Shown here: positions 28,001 through 42,400 of the stretch, in pieces | How positions within the stretch are numbered: position 1 is the stretch's first letter | Layout: the number at the start of each line of letters is the position of its first letter | Source of the DNA: Takakia lepidozioides | Taxonomy: Eukaryota > Plantae > Bryophyta | Length of the DNA: 64,000 nucleotides | NCBI GenBank assembly: GCA_030704615.1 | Contig: CM060731.1 | Span: forward strand, 186,001-250,000 | Direction: 5' to 3' | Notes under the pieces: model-generated | What the model was told of the DNA's origin: nothing | Database searches by the model: none | The model's input: the letters and a program-made list of their open reading frames with translations, nothing else | Translations under genes and position numbers: made by a program

Positions 28001-28499
28001 TTCCCCCATCGCCCGCAATTTTGGAATGACACTACAAATCTCTTCTTCATCAGCTTCTCCAACCACAGTAGGAAGGACTGGATTTGGAATTTCACTTATC
28101 ATCATCGGAAGAATCCGAAAGCTCAACGATTGGAGTGGAGGACGTCTGTTCTTTTTTCACCACCACCTCCTCTTGTCTTCAACGACCGAAGCAGCAGTCC
28201 CGGGCGTCACATATGACCCAAGGGACTTTCGCCGAGGCTCTCCAAGTACTCTGTATCGACCAGGACGCACTCTCCACTGGCTGATATGAGCCGTCTCATC
28301 ACGGTTTTGGAAAGAGTATTTCAACAACTTCCCCTTTAAGATCGTACACCTCTTTCTCCAAAAAGATGGAGCCATTCTGCAGCTGAAAACGGGTAGCCAA
28401 GACATGTTCCAGAACAATTGCAAATCCATTGTCAAGGACTTCCTGGGAGAACGGCACTGGTTTGTCGTCAGAGAAGAACTCCGCTTCAGAGGAAGCCAT
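25017..28499 (-). pseudogene. GCM-like/MULE/SWIM transposase (copy B)
   Basis: GMDKKHDGHPWCRTKTSNI...CNGHLRC...GFHNHP; FLMFDHVKR; FMADSAQANFNAV; TCLFHW; NLAETVHNAW; CTCPDF. Confidence 0.88.
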
Positions 28500-29254
28500 C
28501 TTCCTTCCTCGCGTACGTTTGTACCTTGCTATCGCAGATCTAGTGTAAATCGGTTTACTGATGTCTCCAGAACACAGTTGAAGAATGAGCAGAGAATATG
28601 GCGGAGGAAGCTCAGACAACGACTGTGCATATTATGTTATTTCTTTCCAGATATGCAGCCGTCCATTTTAATTACTTTTTTTGTGGGCCCAGTGGTCAGA
28701 GTATCCCTAGGAGCAGTGTCGGCAGCTGTTAAACCGTTAATCAGAACCTCATCAATAAACCCAATAACAAAGCCGACTTCCTGGAAGCATGCCACAGGAT
28801 CTGAGGATGGGATTGCAGATTAAGTAAATGTATCTTTATACTACTACCAATGATCATGCGCACCTGGAAAGTTCCAAATGTGAAACGAATGTGGGGTTTG
28901 GCTAACAAGGATGACCGTGTATGATATTCCAAATTTGTCATCAAACTCTCGTTCATTTACATTTATTTGTGTAAGACTGTGCGCCAAGATTTCTGGGATT
29001 CGCTGTTATTTTTAAATATTGAAACCGTTCTAATAAAGAACACGCCGTTTATTTTGGGCGACACACGTCAGACATCCATAACTGAATACGAACAGCTGTA
29101 CACCAATTGCTGGCATGTGCACTAATAAGGGAACGACTATGTGTAACGGTCACGCGAGAGGGAATCCGATGCTTCTAGAGACACGCAAGAACGCAGGCAA
29201 TCCCGCAAGAAATCGGGAGTCACTGCGTTTTTCTACTTTTCGCGCTTAGAGAGA

Positions 29255-32200
29255 GTGGTAGTCAAGCTGGAGAGGGTTCCTTCTACAATACGAAAGAGAA
29301 GAAAGTCTCTTTATTTTACTTCCCTTAGAGAGAGACGCAGAGCAAGAGAGCAAATGACGAGGCGTCGTTTGTTGGAGAACACAGGGCCAAGGCAGCAGGT
29401 GAACGCGGAGACTGATTCAGAAGAGCAGACGAGACTGAGGCAGCGCTGTGACACAGTCGGCGATAAGAGTGCGCCAGCCTGTGGAGGCAGAGATGATTCG
29501 CAGGGACACTGAAGGAGGTGGAAGCACGCGGAACGCCGAACCGGGAGAAGGTCCAGAAACCCTAGAGCAGACAGAAATTCCAGCAGATGTGAGAGGGAAG
29601 AGGAAAGCTGCAGAAGGGGATCCAATTTCAAAACCTAAGAAGGCGCCAGTAAGTTTTATCTAACTTACATTTCATTGTTGAAGATATGCGTAGAGATTGA
29701 GTGGAATGTCCCAGACAGGGATTGTCGCTACCGACCATCACAAAGGTGATTTGCTTTCTACTCCTCTGCTAAGGGTTTACCGCACAATGAGTGGTGACTA
29801 TCGGTACAGTCATTCACTGTTGTTCAGATCATACAGTCTGTTGATTGCCTTTCAAGGAGTCTTTAGCAGGAACTACTGAATTGCGAGCGTCGTTAACGCC
29901 ATTCGATTCTCCTCATGAGATTTATGTACCTATGTGTTTGAAGAGAGAGTGAGGGTCGGCATACCGTCAATCATCGTTGTTCAGACATACAGTCTGTCTG
30001 ATTGCCTTTCAAGCAGTCCTTCTCTTCCCATGCTGGCGACGGTAATCACAGTGGAGTCAATCTGAATAATCTGCACTTACTGTCCGCCCTAAACTATACT
30101 GAATGTCGTTGCGCCAATCACTTGCACATAGATGTCATTACACAACACCGATCCGGCAGGTCGTTATCTTTTGTGATTGTCGTTAACGCCGTTCGCTATC
30201 GCTCTCGCTTTTGTTTTGAATACGGCAGTATCAGCTTTGCTTGTGTAGATTGTGCTGAATTGTTTCACACCATTCATAGTGAGTTTCTTTGAGACAGAGT
30301 GATGGTCGTTACCGCCATTCACTATTTGCAAATTACTCAGTCAGAACTGAATGGCATCGTGCAGAAAACTGTGAGGTCGAAGCCTACAGGATCAGAGGGG
30401 AAAGGATCTGGAGATGGGGACGAGTCCGCAAAAAGCTCAGAGAATACAGATGAAGCAGATGAATCTGAAGTGCACTACCTTGACAAGGTGAAAGAACTCA
30501 TGTCATTCCAGAAGGTAAACTCTCAGGAGGTTATAAGGGACATGCTCGTATCTGGAGGGCGTCTGGACATCCCTCTGTGCCGGATGATATCAATGCCTGT
30601 TGTGCGTCCACCTCTTTCCCATGACATAACAAAATTGGAGAGTGATTTTGTGCATGGATAGACTTGGTGCACAAGTTTTTTATGTGTCACTGACGGATAT
30701 AAATGGGAAAAGCACATTAGTGTCTCCAGAGATCAGTGATAACTGGGATGAGTGCTGGAAAGATGCCAATGAGGAGTTCGAGCTGGGCCTCATGATGGGA
30801 AAGAACACCCAGCAATTCTGCAACCACATGTTCTACGTCTGGGACGGCAACCACCGATTGCTGGCATGGATGGGATACATTCAGAAACACCATGCGAAAG
30901 ACAAAGACAAGCATGTTGCTGTGGAGGCAATGGTTTTGGATCCTGGAAACGACATCGCTAGGCTTTTACAGCTATGCACGACGTGAACAAGTAAGTCATC
31001 CAGGAGATTTCATTCCCTCTGTAGTGTCTTATTAATCCTCAAAAAACAGTGTTAAGGAATGCAATGTTTCCAATGTTTTTGCAGATCGACAGAAGAAATT
31101 GCATGTGACAACGCTTGGTTCACACACTATTCCGAATTCAGAGGATTGGTCTGATGAAGCTGGATGATTTTTCGGAGAGTACTACCACCCAATATCATCA
31201 AGAAGTGCGAAACAGAAGAGCTGCAGCACTTGTATTCTTTGACACGAGAGGCGTTTTGGAGTACATGTATGCGGTAAGCCCGAGTCTGTACTCCTGTTAC
31301 TTTTCGAATACATGTTTGTAGTCCCTTCGAGCTAATCACTACTTGAATCAATGCAGCAAGAACTGGCAGAGGCAGCTGAGAAGGGAAAATCCGAATATTA
31401 CCTCACTACACCAGAGGAACTAGGACATCAAAGGGTGTGGAAGCTGCAATAAAGAAGGAGTTTGAAAGGCGAGAACCAAATTGATGTCCGCCTTCGGAAA
31501 GCAGCTTAGAATAGTAGATCCTGGACTGGTCCTGAGTTCCTTCAGCAGATCAAAACACACTATGACAAGCATGTGCATGCCGGAGATGCAGCAGGGAAAT
31601 TGCACAAACCGGCTGGCCATATCGATGGTCGACCCACAAACAAAAATAAGTGGCTGGAGATATGGAACTCAGATCAAACAGTAAAGGACTGAATCAGTTT
31701 CCCAAAGAGCACCATACAGCCTGGCACAAAGGTGGAAGGAATCAGTGATTTGGTGTTTGATACTGGCTCCACAAGGCTACATTTTGGAATCAGGTGTGTA
31801 TTCAAATTTCATTTTCTTCTCTCAAGTATGTATGAGTATCTTTTTTGCAATTCTGACAAATATACTATTTGCAGCTCGAAAAGCGGCGCTGTCATTGTGC
31901 TGGATCAGACTTTGAAGGACCTGAACATTTCGATTGTTTCCCCTCCCCAAATGTCATTTGGAGGCATACATAAGGAAGTGGAGAGGTCTCACCTGGAGAT
32001 ACTGTTTTTTTCGGGAGTTCTCCAAAGATGGTACATTTTACGGTCCAACAACTTTGACAGTCAGGTTGGAGGAGAGTGGGCCATGATGCGAGTTGTGTAC
32101 AGGTGCAATGTCTACTTGAAACTCTCTAAACTCTACTTGCTTTTTTTTGGGAAAAATTGGCTTCATAAGGATTGCAATCATAGATCCAGATTGAATGTCG

Positions 32201-35200
32201 TTGACGACATTCACTTCTTTGTCTGAGTCATTCTTAAGCGAGTATATGAATTCACCTGGTTAGATCTAAGGGTGTAATTATAGTGTCCCTGATTAGAATT
32301 GATAATGTCCTTGAATGGCGTTGACGACATTCGCGTCCCGTTGTTGAGAATCCTCAGAGTTATGTAAATTTTTGTAATGTCCATAGAGGTTACAGTGAGG
32401 TTTCCTCACTTCATATTGCTGAATGTCAATGCAGACATTCAGTTGTTCTGCATTGTTTTTGCCTCTTACAAGGAATCTGGAGGCTTGATAAGCTCTGTTA
32501 TGAGAAATCCAAAGTGAATGTCGTTGACGACATTCACTTCTGTGTCTGTATTATTCAACAGCGACAATTTGAATTTACATGGATTGGGAGCTAAGTAATT
32601 GGTTCCTTGTTGGTATTTTGGTGAATGCGTTGACGCCAGTCACAACAGTGTTGTTGTGAGGTCCTCAGTGATATGTTCATTATGAATGTGCATTGAGTTT
32701 TCCTGGAGGGTTCCTTACTCGAGTTTATGATTTCCATCCTGTGATTTTGCTTCATTTGAGGAATATTAGGCTTGATTAGTGAATGTCGTTGACGACATTC
32801 ACTTCTATGTCTGTGTCATTCTAAAACGATAGTTTGCATTCACCTGGATTAGGGTGTATTTACAGTATCATTGAATGGAATGTTTTGAATGGCGTTGACG
32901 ACATTTACATCTGGAGCATTCATGTGGTCCTGAAAGGTCCTTGGAGCAGTTCTCAGAGCCATTTCAATCTATGTTTTTTTCATTCTGTTTCTACTTGCAT
33001 CTTACTCACTGAGCGCTTTTGTGGGTTGGGATTTATCTCCTTTTTTCAGGTACACAAATATGTGCTTATAAGGAAATCACCTGAGCGGAATTCCAGACTA
33101 TCTTGACATGTGGTCGGACCTGCAACGATCCAACCATGTATACTGCAGGGATATTGAAGGACTGGAGTCCTTCTCACTTCAGAGACTGTGGGGGGTACCT
33201 TGACTGCCCACGGAGCACACGACCTTTCAAGACAGCATATGAAATACTTGAACAATAACGCTGAGATGCTGGCGCCTTTGACTGACGAAGAGTACCAACG
33301 AAACATAGCACATTGGCTGCCAAGGAGCCTGATGTTCAGGGAGTGCCGCAGAAGGGAAAGAAGGCGGGCCGCAAACCAAAAGACAAGGCTGTTGATGTCA
33401 TAGCCATCTCACCAGCAACCAAAGGACAAAGACAAGTCCAAAGAGAAGGAAAATGACAAGGGAAAGGAGAAAGAAAAGGAGATGGAGAGTGGGCAGGACT
33501 TTACTGCTGGAAGATATACCCGCATTGTTCAGTGCGTGTTCGATGCCAAGCCACACCCTTCCCGTTCTGATTCGGCAGGAGAGATGAAAATTGTCAATGA
33601 GGTTGGCTGTCGATGATGCAGAGTCGAAAGAGGATACACTGGGGTGCCTCGCCTACCTGGGACAATATAATCTCATTCCTCAATCTAGTGAGAATTCCAG
33701 TTTCTTTTCCTTTTTTTTTCTCTGAAAGTTTCGTTGGCAGTATTTCAGTCTCGTTCTTTGAAAACATTCTTGCTTTCGTTCTTATAAAAAACATGTCTGT
33801 TGCAGGTGAGCACAGGTCCCACCTTCGTGTGCGGTGTGCAGAAAACTTATGCGGCCGACATTGTCATTCTCTCGACATTCCGGATGGCCAGCTGTGCCAG
33901 AAGTTCTTCCAAAGGGCAAGACGCCAGGCTGGAACAAATTCGAGGACAACTACTCTGGAGTTGGGTGTTCGGGTTCTGTAATAACTTCCTCTCTGATGCA
34001 GGGACACTTCTGCTTTTTCAGTCATGTGACAATGATAGTCGTCGGGCATTGGCATCATACCTCAAGTCTTCAGGGTTTGAAGTTTTGCGCACACGGAATT
34101 GTGTGAACAGCCTCTACCTTGTGAAAGGGGGTTTCCCTGGTCCGCTGGTATGCCGTCTCCCTTCTGCTTGTGCTTTCATGATGAGTTTTCAATGTTCTCT
34201 GCAGCTCCACTCTAGTAGAATCTGTTATGATCGACAATGATCATCACCGATTCGTGATAAAAATGTTTTTTTTGTGTCTGAGTTCTGAATAACCGATGTA
34301 CACACTTCCACTATAGATTGTGTTTACCACACTAACCTGCTATCTTTGGCAGACGAGGATGTTCGAGGCGATCTGCTTGCGGAGGATTCGCACCTCAAAG
34401 ACACCATCCTCCATCCGCAGCTTTGAGATTTCTGACCAGGGTTGTTTCGTCAACCCCCCCTATGAGCCCCATGTCGATGACATTTTGTACAACTTCATGC
34501 AGTCCAGTCAGACTCTGAAGAGACCAGATGGCACTCCCTGGAGAGGTGCAAAGGAAAAGTCCCCAGCGTTCATGCAAATACTGCTGGAGTCATGCAGCCA
34601 CCGCTCTACACGGGTGGTCGATCTTTCTGTGTCCACAGGTTCGTTCTTTTCCCTTCCGAATTGGTTTTTCTTTCATTTTTCATCTGCTTAAATCCCCCCC
34701 ACCAAACTGTTCATGTCCTCCTGTGTGGTGCAGGAGCAACTTACCATGCATGCAAGGCAGGTGGAAGAAGCCTTTTTGGCATGGAGGGTGATTCTGACCT
34801 CTACAACACAGTGCTCCTCCCCCTTTTGTCTGGCTCCACTTCAGGCACATAGACTGATCGGATTCAAATTCGAAATGATGACGATCCCGAAGATAAGCAG
34901 GTCGACAATGACTTTTCATGTGAGTGAGTGCTAAACCCTCTTTGGGAGCCATACTCAATTTCTCAATAACATCAAAGTTACAGTAATAACTTTTTCAGGC
35001 TGTCTTTCAGGAAAGGCAGCAGTGGATCTTCAGGAGATACAGTCATTTCTGGCGAGTCTGTTTTCGACAGCCCCCTTTCCAATTTTCTACTTCATGTTTA
35101 TGCCGAAGCAATGGCACTTCATGCGACCGAGTCCCTATCCCCTGACTTTTTAGTGGCCAGCCGTAGGTGTATCCAGCGTGGATCCGGTGTTCTAAATACA

Positions 35201-35250
35201 TAGACTTAGATGCAGAGGAAGCGGGGATACATTGTACTGACTCTCTGAGT
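29255..35250 (+). pseudogene. Multi-exon ParB/Srx-like plus amino-methyltransferase-like gene (copy B)
   Basis: RRKSLYFTS in exon 1; IPLCRMISMPVVRP; FYVWDGNHRLLAW (30830-30870); ADIVIL/DIPDG (frameshift near 33870); KEKSPAFMQILLESCS...VVDLSVSTG-intron-ATYHACKAGGRSLFGME; ends approximate. Confidence 0.8.
32193..32906. repeat. Seven spaced copies of the near-palindrome GAATGTCGTTGACGACATTC in intron 32103-33049
   Basis: Copies at 32193, 32313, 32421, 32516, 32623, 32781 and 32887; degenerate copies also at ~29890-30320. Confidence 0.85.
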
Positions 35251-36479
35251 CAGACTGAACTGTATTCTTTTAATATTCATTTTCATACTATCTGGAAAAC
35301 GTTGAATCCCCTTCCTCCACCGTAGTTGTTCCTTTAGAACAAATAATAATTACATAATCAACTTTCATTTAAATTGCAATATGTATGAATCCATCTCACA
35401 AACCTCCCTGACTCTTCTCATATCCATTATGCATTCATCTACAGTGTATTCATGCGTGCTCCATTCATGAATTTTTTCCTTTGTTCAACATCCATTGTAC
35501 ATTCATCCTCTGTACTCTTTAATCCACCCCACAAACCTTCCACACTCATTTCATATACGTTGTGCATTCGTCAAAAGTTTTGGTCATGCATCTTCCTGTC
35601 ATGAATTTTTGTCATTGCTCAACATCCATTATACATTCATCCATTTTACTCTTATCCATCCCTCATTCATCCATCTACATTCATTTTTCACACTCATCCA
35701 TCTGTTTATCATCCAACTGTACATTCATCCATCCTTTATTCAATGCCTTTTATTATGTCGTCCAGCTTGTTTCCGCGGTAAAGGGTGCCAATCCGCGGGA
35801 AAACACTCCACTTCTTTCTGGCGCGGTGCCGCGGCCTTCACGTGTGATGACGTGGAGTGAGCCCCGTGACGTGGCATTTGTGCAAGGTGACGTGGCGTGA
35901 GCGCAGTTGCGCTCACGCACTCACGTGACCAGGCTCACGCCGAGGCATCCCTACATTGGAATGTGCCTACGTCGTGAGCAGATGCACACTCACATCATCC
36001 AAAGTGGATCCATGCGAAATCTTTTCTTACTCACCACCCTTGCGAACATGCCAGGTATGTGAGGGAGCATCTTGGATGCTCACAAGAATTGAGAATGCCT
36101 GAACGCTCTTTGATCACGTGGACTTTATCATGATGGATTTACCAAGCATTCTTCTAGCAGGAATGGTTTGAGACCCAACGAGCAAATGATGCGAGAATGC
36201 TCTACCCCCGAACCAAAGACGTTTGTTTGTTTTTGCAATGCACACAAGCCTGTGAGCTCCGCAAAACACTAAATAGATTGAAGGAACAATCCGGGCAGTC
36301 CATGCAACCCCCATCTCCAACGATAGTTTGTTCCCATGAATTTGCATCCCACGCACACATTGCAAACATGACAACAAGGACACACCACCATCCCATTTCA
36401 AAATTGGCCCGAATGAAAGCAAAAGAAAACTTCATATCAAGTGTTACAGTCATCAAAATCAGTATCGAACTCCTATGCT

Positions 36480-39400
36480 ATGTCATCCACAAAGATTCCG
36501 GCCCCAACACCACGTCTTCTACCACGGCCGTCGATGGTTGGAGTGCGAGTGCCATGAATGGACATGTTTGCTGCGAGTGTCTCCGCATAGACAAGTAGGA
36601 CGTAAGACTGAGGAGGACTTGAAAGAAGTCCAAAAAGGTGTGATAGCCCTGGAGGGTCAGTGGAAGCACGCGGACTCCTACACAAGTGGACAAAAACCAA
36701 TTTTGAACACAATGATGGAATGCACAAGTCCAACGAAGAGGATATCTCCCATGTGCACTTTGCCTTAAGAACAGTGATTCTGGGTATTGAAACAACAATG
36801 CAAGCATCCACAGGTTGAACTTACTCACAGGCAAAGTCGTCATCCAGCTCCTTGTCGGAAGTCTCCCCTGTATCAATATCAGCGGGTAGGGGCTTTGGAA
36901 GGACTTGAGAAGTGTGTCCACCCAAACCCATCAGGAGGTTCTTGTAAATCTCGGCATCCCCTTCAATCCCAAAGAGATGTTGCGCACTGGCCTTGCAAGC
37001 ATGGTATGAGGCACTTGCAGTGGAATACAATGAAGGAAACAGACATTGAAGACACATTTGGAACGGTGGGAAGAGCTGAAAGTGCAAGGTCAAACAAACC
37101 TCACGAAATGTGAATGTTGAAGAGACGAACCTGTGCCCATTGACAAATCCAGAACTCTGGCGTCTGTGTAGGTGCAACACTCCACAATCGTCTGAATGAA
37201 AGTCGGGCTCCTCTCCCTGGCCCCTCTCCAAGGAACCCCATTCCCCCTTCGCAAGCACACGTTGCTGTCCACGTAGTTGTGGTGCATGTCATCCGTGGGA
37301 GGATCTGTCCTCTCGTCTATGAACTTGCCCCCATGAGTGATGGCGAACTCCCTAATGACGGCTGGAGTCGTAGGTGGATGCACTCGGACGAGACAAACAG
37401 CTTCAAACAAACGAGTCTGCGAACAAGACATACACAAGGAACTAAGAAGCTTGAAAACCAGGCCCCTACATATTCATTTGAGCGACTTATGCAACTCCAT
37501 CCGAGAACCACCAAGAAGAGGAATAAGAAGGCACATTTACCATCTCTCCGGGACAATCCCCCTTCGTCAGGTACATGCTGTTCACACAATTCCATGTCTT
37601 CACGACCCTCATACCGGAGGCTTTCAAATAGCTGGCAAGTGCACGGCGACAGCGAAGGTCGATGGACTGGATGAGCACCAAAACACCTACATCGGACAGA
37701 AAGAAATTGCAAAAGGAGAAAATCCACCGCCAGTAGCGCTCATCAAAAGCATTCCAACCTGGACAAGCACCCGATGGAGGGACATCTAGGACTGGCAACC
37801 CATCAAGGATGTCCAAGATGATGAGTTCGGCTGCATATGGCTTCTCCTTCCCGTTCACCCAGGATTTGGTCATTTTAGCCTGCAAACAAGCATGCAATGG
37901 AATGCTCAAGAGGATTGAAACGATCCATGCACACAACAGATAAGAAGCAAAAGACAACACGCACCGTGCCGAGGAACTCCACAATCCTCTCCCACACTGG
38001 TGATGGTTCGCCTTTGTAATCAGATTTCTTGGACTCCATCATGGTAAGGAACTCGACGTTGGCCATCTCCAACCTGGTAGGGCGAATGACCCTCGTGTAA
38101 TGCTCCACTGCATGGTATGGGTCCTTGGGATCAACCACCCTCTTGTTCTTTCTCCCGGATCCCCTACCATGCGGTGGAGTCTGTTGGACAACCACCAGAG
38201 GGCCAGAATCTGCAACACTTCCCTACCCACCTACCTGCCCTTGTGCCCCCTTCCCCCTACCCCTTCCTTTCCCCACACCACCAGCAACATCCTTTCCCTT
38301 TGCCGTTCTACCTTTACCCGGTGTATCCTGAGCGGGAGGCTCCTTCTCAGCAAGAGTCCTCAAATTTCTCTCATGAATGTCGAGGTCGGCTACTGCGGCG
38401 GTAGCTGCTATACGCTCATTCTCTCTCCTCAAAGACACCTCCTGAGCTGGGGTCTCTGAAGTAGGGCAATCCAAATACCAACCACAAGCAGAAAGATGGT
38501 CTGGGCCCCAGTCATGCAAGATCCCCGTAGTAAACATGGTCTGGTTGCCAGCAGGGACAAGCCAAAGGTCCACGAAATCAGGATGTTTGTCCAAGCATTT
38601 CTCTGCCATGAGAACATACTTTATGTACCTGCAGGAACAGAGACAACCTCATTATGCAATGCAAATATTGTCTCCCAGCTTTTCCACCCCATCACGAAGA
38701 CCCCCTAAAAGAGTATGCGACACATTACACTCCACCACAAACTCATATGAGCCAGCCAAAAACAGGTTGGATGGAGGAGATTGTGTCTATGCAAAACAAA
38801 GAAGCACAGTCCATTTCGCACCTGTAAAGGCATCGTTTCCAGGCTTCCTCTCCTTTCTCTTGCTGGTCAAGCTCATTTGTTCGACTAATGCCAGCATCCT
38901 TGCTGAACTCTCTGAAGAAACAAGATTGCCACACTGTGCTCTCCATTTCCTCATGTATGCTTGGAAGGAGACCTTCGGTTCTGTCATGGTGATCCCATAG
39001 TCAGCTAGTTGCGTATGTAGAACCGACCGGGCCCTTTCCTCCAACTGCAGACCAATACAGAAGCAAGAATGAACACAAAAAACAATCACAACCAATGTAA
39101 CTTGGAAAAAAATGACAGAAAAAGCGAAAAGAAAGTGACACAGCAAAGGACATCATACCTGGCTCCAGTAAGTGGCCTTGTGAAGCCATGTGTCCAGCAC
39201 ATTGTCACTGACAGGAATGACACGCTGGGTCTTCTTTTCTTTCTCCGGCCTGGGGAACATGTGGGTATCCCTAACAGTGGGATCGGAGTTCCATATCTGT
39301 AGCCACTTCACCTTCTAATCTGAAGACACAACGGCAGTAGACAACCTGTGTAACTTCTCCTGGGCCATCTCCGGCTTGCCTGGCTTGTTGTAATGGTTTT

Positions 39401-42400
39401 TCACCTCTTGAAGGAACTCTGGTCCGAAGGTTGGGTCTGCAATTCTCAATTGTTTCACAAAAGCACTCATAATAGTCCTTCTTGTGGCGGTCATCTCTTT
39501 CTGGATGTGACTCTCAACACCCTTTGTTGTCCTTCTCTCCTCAGGGGTAGAGCTGTAGTATTCCAATTTGCCACGCTCTCCTGCATCTGCAATGTCTTGC
39601 TGCAAGGGAATGCACAAGAGTTGCATCAACCCAAGGGCAAGGGAAACAAACAGAAACAAACATGTGGAAGCAGGAATATCGAAAGGCCAGATGATGGAAG
39701 ATGTATCTCACTGCGTACATATACTCCATGAAAGCCTCACGGGTCAACGAATACCACGTTTCTGATGTCTTGGAGCTTTCGCACTTCTTGTACGTCTCTG
39801 CTAAAGGATGGTCTTGAAGTTGGTCAAGGGCATCTGCTCGATCCTTTGTTTCCTGTACAGTGTGTGAACCAGACTCGTTTTGACATGCAATGTCTCCGTC
39901 CCTCTGCAGAATGATGTGTGAAAGTCAGAATGAAATTCAAGGACCGTCAACAGAGGACTAGAACCAAAGAACCACGAACCATAAGTGGAACATGTAGAAT
40001 GAGAAACCAAACTGTTCACATCATTCATTGCCGTCAGAAGACCCATCATGTTCTCGTCACAATCCAGCACCATCGATCGAACAGAGTAATGCCATTCTTC
40101 CTCCTGTGAGTGCAGCCTCCCAATGACAGCCATCCATGCAAGCAACCGGTGGTTGCCATCCCAAACGTGAGACATCTTCCCTGAGAATGCCTGGGTGGAA
40201 GGTTTCCTGGAGAGAAGAAGTTCGAACAATTCGTTCACCTGTCTCCAAATGGGATCCCAGGAGTCCACGATTGACTCATCCACAAGGAGCTCATTGCCTC
40301 TGGAATCCTTTGTAGAAACGTAAAGACTGCGGATCCATCCAAATACCCATGAACAAACTCGGCCTCCAGCTTCAGGATGTCCTTGATGAGGGGTGGACGA
40401 ACGACGGACATGGAAACCAACCTACACAGGGGAATCTTCGACCGCCCACCCGGGAAAAGCATACTTTGCACCACAAGCTAAGAGTTTACCTTCTGACCCC
40501 CCAACATCTCTGCAACTTTGCTTTCATAGAACTCCTCGTCCACATCAACAATGATCTCATTTCCCTGCCCCGAAGGGATCTCATCCGCCACACTTTGCAT
40601 CTTCTCCTACAGAGTTGTTCATTCAAATTGATTAAGAGAGAGGCATGAAACGATGGTGTTTTGAGCATGCAGACAGGCCCTATGTGGCCCAATTTCTCAT
40701 CAAAAAACAAGCAGTGTGGGGGCCAAAAATATTGTGCGTTGCCGCACAATGTTTCAGCTTCCAAATAGTGGTGTTTTGAACATGATATTTGGCCCTATGT
40801 GGCACATTTCCACAAAAAAAACAGGCAGAGAGGAGGCCAAAAAAGGGGCACAAACAGTGTGCGTTGCCGCACACTCTTCGTGCTACCAACTATGGGTGTT
40901 TTGAGCATGCATACTGGCCCTGTTTGGCCCAATTTCACATAGAAAAACAGGCAGAGAGGGGGCTCAAACAGTGTGCATTGCCGCACACTGTTTGAGCTTG
41001 CAATAAGGGGTGATTTTAACATGGCATAGTGGCCATGAGTGGCCGATTTTGAAATAAAAGTAAAGTCAGTGAAGGGGGCTCAAACAGTGTGCGTTGCCCC
41101 ACATTATTTGAGCTTCCATTTCGGGGTGGATTCAACCTGCCAGACTGGCCCTAGGTGCACAATTTTCATGTCAAAAAACAAGCAAATCAGGGAGCTCAAA
41201 CAGTGTGCGTTAACGCACACTGTTTGGGCTGCCAGGTAAGTGTGAATTGAACCTGACAGAGATGACCTTTGTGGTCGATTCTAAAATGAAAAAATAATGT
41301 CAAGTGTGGGCTCAAACAGTGTGCAATGCCACACACTGTTTGAGCTTCCAAAAAGGGGTGGAATGAACCTTAGAGAGAGGCGACTGTGTGCACGATTTTG
41401 ACATTCAAGAAACAATTACAAGGGGGGCTCAAACAGTGTGCATTGACGCACACTTTTTGAGCTGCCAGGTTAGTGTGGATTGAACCTCACAGAGTTACCC
41501 TATCTGGACGATTTTATTATGAAAAAAACAATGAGAAGGGGGGCTCAAATAGTGTACGTTGGCGCACACTGTTTGAGCTGCAAAGAAATTGTTCATTGAA
41601 CCTCACAGAGATACCCTGTCTGCACGATTTTATTATTCCAAAAACAATGAGAAGGGGGGCTCAAACAGTGTGCATTGGCGCAACTGTTTGAGCTTCGAAT
41701 TAGGGGGTGGATTGAACTAGACAGAGAGGCCCCTGTGTGCACCATTTCCACACCAAAAAAACAAGGCACAAGGGGGGCTCAAACAGTGTGCGTTGACGCA
41801 CACTATTTGAGCTTTCAATTCGGGATGAATTGAACCTGCCAGAGTGGCCCTATGTGGCCGTTTTGAACATGAAAAAACAAGCAAAATGGGGGGCTCAAAC
41901 AATGTGTGGTGCCGCACACTGTTTGAGCTTCCAATTTGGGGTGGATTGAACTTGCCTGAGTGGCCGTATGTGGCCGATTTTAACATGAAAAAAACAATGA
42001 CAAGGTGGGCTCAAACAGTGTGCGTTGACGCACACTGTTTGAGCTGCCAGGTAAGTGTGCATTGAACCTGCAAGACTGGCCCTATGTGGCCGATTTTCAC
42101 ATGAAAAAAATAATGACAAGGTGGGCTCAAACAGTGTGCGTTGACGTACACTGTTTGAGCTGCCAGGTAGGTGTGCATTGAACCTGCAAGACTGGCCCTA
42201 TTTGGCCGATTTTCACATGAAAAAAACAATGACAAGGTGGGCTCAAACAGTGTGCGTTGAAGCACACTGTTTGAGCTGCCAGGTAAGTGTGCATTGAACC
42301 TCAAAGAGATGCCCTATGTGGCTGATTTTCAAATGAAAAAAACAATGACAAGGTGGGCTCAAACAGTGTGCGTTGAAGCACACTGTTTGAGCTGCCAAGT

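Larger units (their letters stand above)
24179..35953. mobile_element. Mutator-like DNA transposon B
   Basis: Left end GGGGGGTGCTATTCTGTGAGCC with GTGAGC subterminal repeats; degenerate right end GGCTCACGCCGAGGCATCCCTA near 35953; same two-gene layout as A. Confidence 0.8.

Noticed and set aside
32193-32906. CRISPR-like look (palindromic repeats separated by spacers)
   Set aside because: Spacers are 75-140 bp, irregular and partly related; the array lies in a spliceosomal intron; there are no cas genes.
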